Source of the DNA: an uncultured virus (IMG/VR IMGVR_UViG_3300042549_010585)
Taxonomy: Duplodnaviria > Heunggongvirae > Uroviricota > Caudoviricetes
Reading direction: 5' to 3' (one strand)
Virus record (IMG/VR): IMGVR_UViG_3300042549_010585
Length of the DNA stretch: 20,000 nt
Part shown: positions 17,130-20,000 of the stretch, in pieces
Layout: each line of letters starts with the position of its first letter
How positions within the stretch are numbered: the first letter of the stretch is position 1
Made by a program: the position numbers and the translations under genes
The notes under the pieces: generated by a model
Told to the model about the DNA's origin: nothing
Seen by the model: the letters and a program-made list of their open reading frames with translations, nothing else
The model's database searches: none

Positions 17130-19247
17130 CCTAGACTTTGCAGCTGGTTTTTTAAATTTTCTCATGGTTTTCTTGTGAAGCTTTGCGTCTTCTTCTGTAG
17201 TCAAATTGCCATGTTTCGGTTTTTCTTCAATAATATCACCCATTGGCCTTGGGTCTTTAGATTGCATAAATAAATTGTTCCAATAATCTCTAAATTTCTT
17301 ATCACTTTCAACTTCTTTATCCATAAATTTGCCTGCCAATCTAATATTTCTAAACATATCAGCATCTGCTGCACCTCTAAGACTTAAAGAAGGTGATATG
17401 CTTGGCTTTGTCGCCTCTATACCAATAGAAGCAGCCATGCCTGGATAAATATCTTTGAAAACGAAAGCTCTTTGTTGTTTTGCAAAGTTTTCGAATCTTC
17501 TTGCAGTTTTTTTTGCTTGCTCTGCTCTAAAAGGATTCAATCCCGCAATTTCTTTAAATCTATTTGCTATATTTTCTAAAATATCTGCCATTCTAAAACC
17601 AGCTAAAATCGCCTTTGGAGCTAAAACAGGTCTTGCTGAAACGTTTGACTCCATTTCGACTTTAACATTTTCATACAGGTCTTCTGCCTCAGAATATGCA
17701 TTCTCATTTTCAATCAAAACTCCATTGAATTTAAGGCCAAGTTGCTTTGAACGTGCATCTTTAATAAAAATACCGAATCTCTCTTCGATAGCAATTTTAG
17801 CGTTCTTTCTTTGTAGGACTGTGTCCTTTGTGTCGACGCTACCAATAGTTTCAATCAAAGTGCTTCTAGCATCACTTACCCCACTGATAACATCATCTAC
17901 TAATCCTATGACTCTCTCTATCTCTTCTAAAGATTCTTTTTCATTTTGAAGATATTGGAATACGCTGCCTGACTGGAATGGGCCAATTGTAGTAGGGGAT
18001 GCTGATTTATTCAGAACAAATTCAATATTTTTATTGATAAGCTCCATTCTTTCTTTTGCTACAGTTTCAAAAAATAATATTTTTTGATAATTTTCTCCAT
18101 ATATCTCTGCAAAAGCTCCTGAGTCTGTAGTTTCCTTAGTAGTTTTAGGAGGCGCTGTTAAAGTAGGAGGTGTAACATTTACTTCTTCAGAGATTTGTTT
18201 TGCTGTATTTAGTACTGAATCATTAGTAAAAAGGGACCCAGGGCTTCCATAAGGATTTTCTTCGGCAAAAACTCTCCTTCTTACTTTGTCAGAAACATAA
18301 TTCTTTGTGCCAGAGTTAGTACCCACGCCCACTCCTGTAGCTGCTTCCGGAGGTAAGCCACCACTTAATACTGTGCTTTCTTTAATTGTACTAAAATAAA
18401 GTGCATCCTTAAACAATTTAAGCCATATACCAAGTTTATTCCAGCTTATACCCTGCCTGAAAGCAGTAGTTAAATCCTGGTAATTCTGCTTTTGCATAGC
18501 CATTAATGCCAAAGTGACACCTTGATTTACTTTATTTTGTTCACTTAAGAATATATTTTTAACATGCAAATATTTTAAATACTCACTTTCATATCCAGAA
18601 ACATCAGATCTTAATTTTTCAAGTGTTTCAGTAGCCTTAATTATATCTGATCTCTTGTCTTCTGGAATTTCTCTGTAAAGCCCATATCTTAATACCATAT
18701 GATATAACAAATATTTTTGAAATTCGTCAGCACTTTTTCCGGATGTCAGAAAATCCAAAGCCTTATAAAGCGCTTCATCCGATGTGCCCATTGTCTTTGA
18801 AAGATTTGGGAAAACACTAATTAATGATTTTAATGCTTCATCAACATCAGCAGGGGACTTAAGTCTTTGACATACTCTACCCAATAATTCTAAAAATGTA
18901 TTAAAGCTAATATTTTTTTCACGCAACATTGGCCAAAATCCAATAATATATTGATCCCATTGGAAATTAGGTACAGAAAAAGCAATCATTGCGTCTTTGA
19001 TATCTTGATTGTAATCTTCTTCGCTTTTACCATTACTTGTATAAATTGATATTGCAGATTTACTATTATTTATTTTTTTCCCAGCATCTTCTATAGCTTT
19101 ATCTGCAGATTGCTTTCTCTGTTCATCAGTTTGCCCCAGAATTCCTTGTATGATTTGGCCCTCTACTGATCTTTTATCAAATACTGGAGTTGTTACGCCA
19201 TCAAGAATTTGTGCAGTGGTTATTTTGTGTTCTATAAATCTTTTCAT
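17115..19247 (-). CDS. Hypothetical, largely alpha-helical protein (710 aa), possibly internal head/ejected protein
   Basis: ATG with SD AGGGA (19260-19256) 8 nt upstream. K/E/A/L/I-rich amphipathic helices are separated by a G/P/T-rich linker, and the C-terminus is highly basic. I recognised no family. Confidence 0.85.
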   Translation of the reverse strand: MKRFIEHKITTAQILDGVTTPVFDKRSVEGQIIQGILGQTDEQRKQSADKAIEDAGKKINNSKSAISIYTSNGKSEEDYNQDIKDAMIAFSVPNFQWDQYIIGFWPMLREKNISFNTFLELLGRVCQRLKSPADVDEALKSLISVFPNLSKTMGTSDEALYKALDFLTSGKSADEFQKYLLYHMVLRYGLYREIPEDKRSDIIKATETLEKLRSDVSGYESEYLKYLHVKNIFLSEQNKVNQGVTLALMAMQKQNYQDLTTAFRQGISWNKLGIWLKLFKDALYFSTIKESTVLSGGLPPEAATGVGVGTNSGTKNYVSDKVRRRVFAEENPYGSPGSLFTNDSVLNTAKQISEEVNVTPPTLTAPPKTTKETTDSGAFAEIYGENYQKILFFETVAKERMELINKNIEFVLNKSASPTTIGPFQSGSVFQYLQNEKESLEEIERVIGLVDDVISGVSDARSTLIETIGSVDTKDTVLQRKNAKIAIEERFGIFIKDARSKQLGLKFNGVLIENENAYSEAEDLYENVKVEMESNVSARPVLAPKAILAGFRMADILENIANRFKEIAGLNPFRAEQAKKTARRFENFAKQQRAFVFKDIYPGMAASIGIEATKPSISPSLSLRGAADADMFRNIRLAGKFMDKEVESDKKFRDYWNNLFMQSKDPRPMGDIIEEKPKHGNLTTEEDAKLHKKTMRKFKKPAAKSRFKKN

Positions 19248-19280
19248 TGTTATGTTCCCTGTTAAATTATTTTTAAAAAA

Positions 19281-20000
19281 CTAACCACCCATACCCTTGA
19301 AAAGGGCTCTAAAGAATCTACTTCTACCACCAGGTAACATATATTCTGGGGTGACAATAGTCTTTGAGGTTGGGTATCTTGCGAGTGGGATTTTTTCTAA
19401 AAATTTATCAAAATCTTCTTTGTACATTCTTGCATCTTCTTTAAACTGATTAAAGATGTCATTGTTTTCTGGATCAGCCATAAGAAGCTTAAATTCTCTA
19501 TTTTTAAGCTGTACGGTTAAACTTCTTAACAAATAATATGTCGCACCAGTTATAAGTGCTGCATCATAATAAAATGGTGCCTGTGTTACTGATGTGTACT
19601 TTGATGTACCAGGCTGCGCATTGATTGCTTGCAAGGCCATATATAAAGCGTTGTTTAATTCACTATGAGTGAACATCTTAACCCAATAAGATGCATATAT
19701 TGTATCATAAGGCTCTATAGTAGCTCCTGTACCCGTAGCATCTTTAAAAAATAATCTGCCATTGTAATCTGCGGAGCACAAAAGACCTTGAGGGTAATTG
19801 TTCGTTGTTCCATTTACCGTTTTGTAAATTGGAGTAACATCATCTAAATGAACATAAGGATCTATATTGCCATCTGAAGAGAATCCAGAAATTCTAATCT
19901 CTGGTCTTGGATATGCGTTCCAATATTTATGAACAAATCTACAAGATGACCTATTAAAATGTTCGAATATGCCTTCTTCGCTTTCAACATGAACTTCCAT
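19281..20000 (-). CDS. Putative head-to-tail adaptor/neck protein (>=239 aa; may start beyond the window)
   Basis: The C-terminal helical block FTHSELNNALYMALQAINAQPGTSKYTSVTQAPFYYDAALITGATYYLLRSL resembles the HK97 gp6 / SPP1 gp15 adaptor pattern. It is preceded by a beta-insert (DYNGRLFF...DTIYASY). ATG coincides with the last three bases of the window, so the start cannot be verified. Confidence 0.55.
   Translation of the reverse strand: MEVHVESEEGIFEHFNRSSCRFVHKYWNAYPRPEIRISGFSSDGNIDPYVHLDDVTPIYKTVNGTTNNYPQGLLCSADYNGRLFFKDATGTGATIEPYDTIYASYWVKMFTHSELNNALYMALQAINAQPGTSKYTSVTQAPFYYDAALITGATYYLLRSLTVQLKNREFKLLMADPENNDIFNQFKEDARMYKEDFDKFLEKIPLARYPTSKTIVTPEYMLPGGRSRFFRALFKGMGG

Noticed and set aside
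17505..17516. Another A-run (GCA AAA AAA ACT) in the 710-aa gene as a frameshift site
   Set aside because: The ORF continues normally in frame, and I saw no adjacent strong hairpin or long alternative ORF. Such runs are expected in AT-rich DNA.
4498..17949. Plus-strand ORFs in the track (4498-4830, 5236-5439, 9669-9941, 11592-11774, 16083-16268, 17091-17273, 17455-17949)
   Set aside because: They are short antisense shadows of long minus-strand genes, with no recognisable motifs.
848..20000. Stop-codon reassignment (TAG or TGA), as in some large phages
   Set aside because: Very long ORFs are intact under the standard code, and TAA, TAG (4509, 17115, 19281) and TGA (13121, 16399) all fall at sensible gene ends. 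Reading through the TGA at 16399 reaches a TAG after about 25 codons and does not join the ORFs.
1..20000. tRNA/rRNA genes, CRISPR arrays, IS elements, diversity-generating retroelement repeats
   Set aside because: All intergenic gaps are under 70 nt, and I saw no cloverleaf, repeat-spacer array, transposase, reverse transcriptase or long near-identical repeat pair by eye.

Overview
AT-rich (roughly one-third GC by eye), densely packed window with ten genes, all on the minus strand. It looks like the virion morphogenesis region of a large (possibly jumbo) tailed phage or a related tail-like element. In transcription order (right to left) it holds a head-tail adaptor-like protein, a 710-aa helical unknown, a 217-aa ORF, a ~1,100-aa low-complexity/coiled-coil ORF, a 1,554-aa beta-rich structural protein, an orphan translation initiation factor IF-3 (infC), a 1,015-aa protein with a baseplate-hub-like C-terminal half, a 73-aa protein, a 1,215-aa tail-fibre/NHL-repeat protein, and a further ORF running off the left edge that the ORF track missed. 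Three things stand out. (1) A complete -1 frameshift cassette (A9G run with A_AAA_AAG, 7-nt spacer, perfect 11-bp stem-loop) would fuse the 217-aa and 1,081-aa ORFs into a ~1,310-aa protein. (2) A divergent, AUG-initiated IF-3 sits in the middle of the tail/baseplate genes. (3) A perfect 16-bp inverted repeat overlaps a sigma70-like promoter just upstream of the frameshifted gene. Apart from IF-3, product calls rest on motif recognition by eye and gene context, not database searches. I saw no tRNA, rRNA, CRISPR array or IS element.
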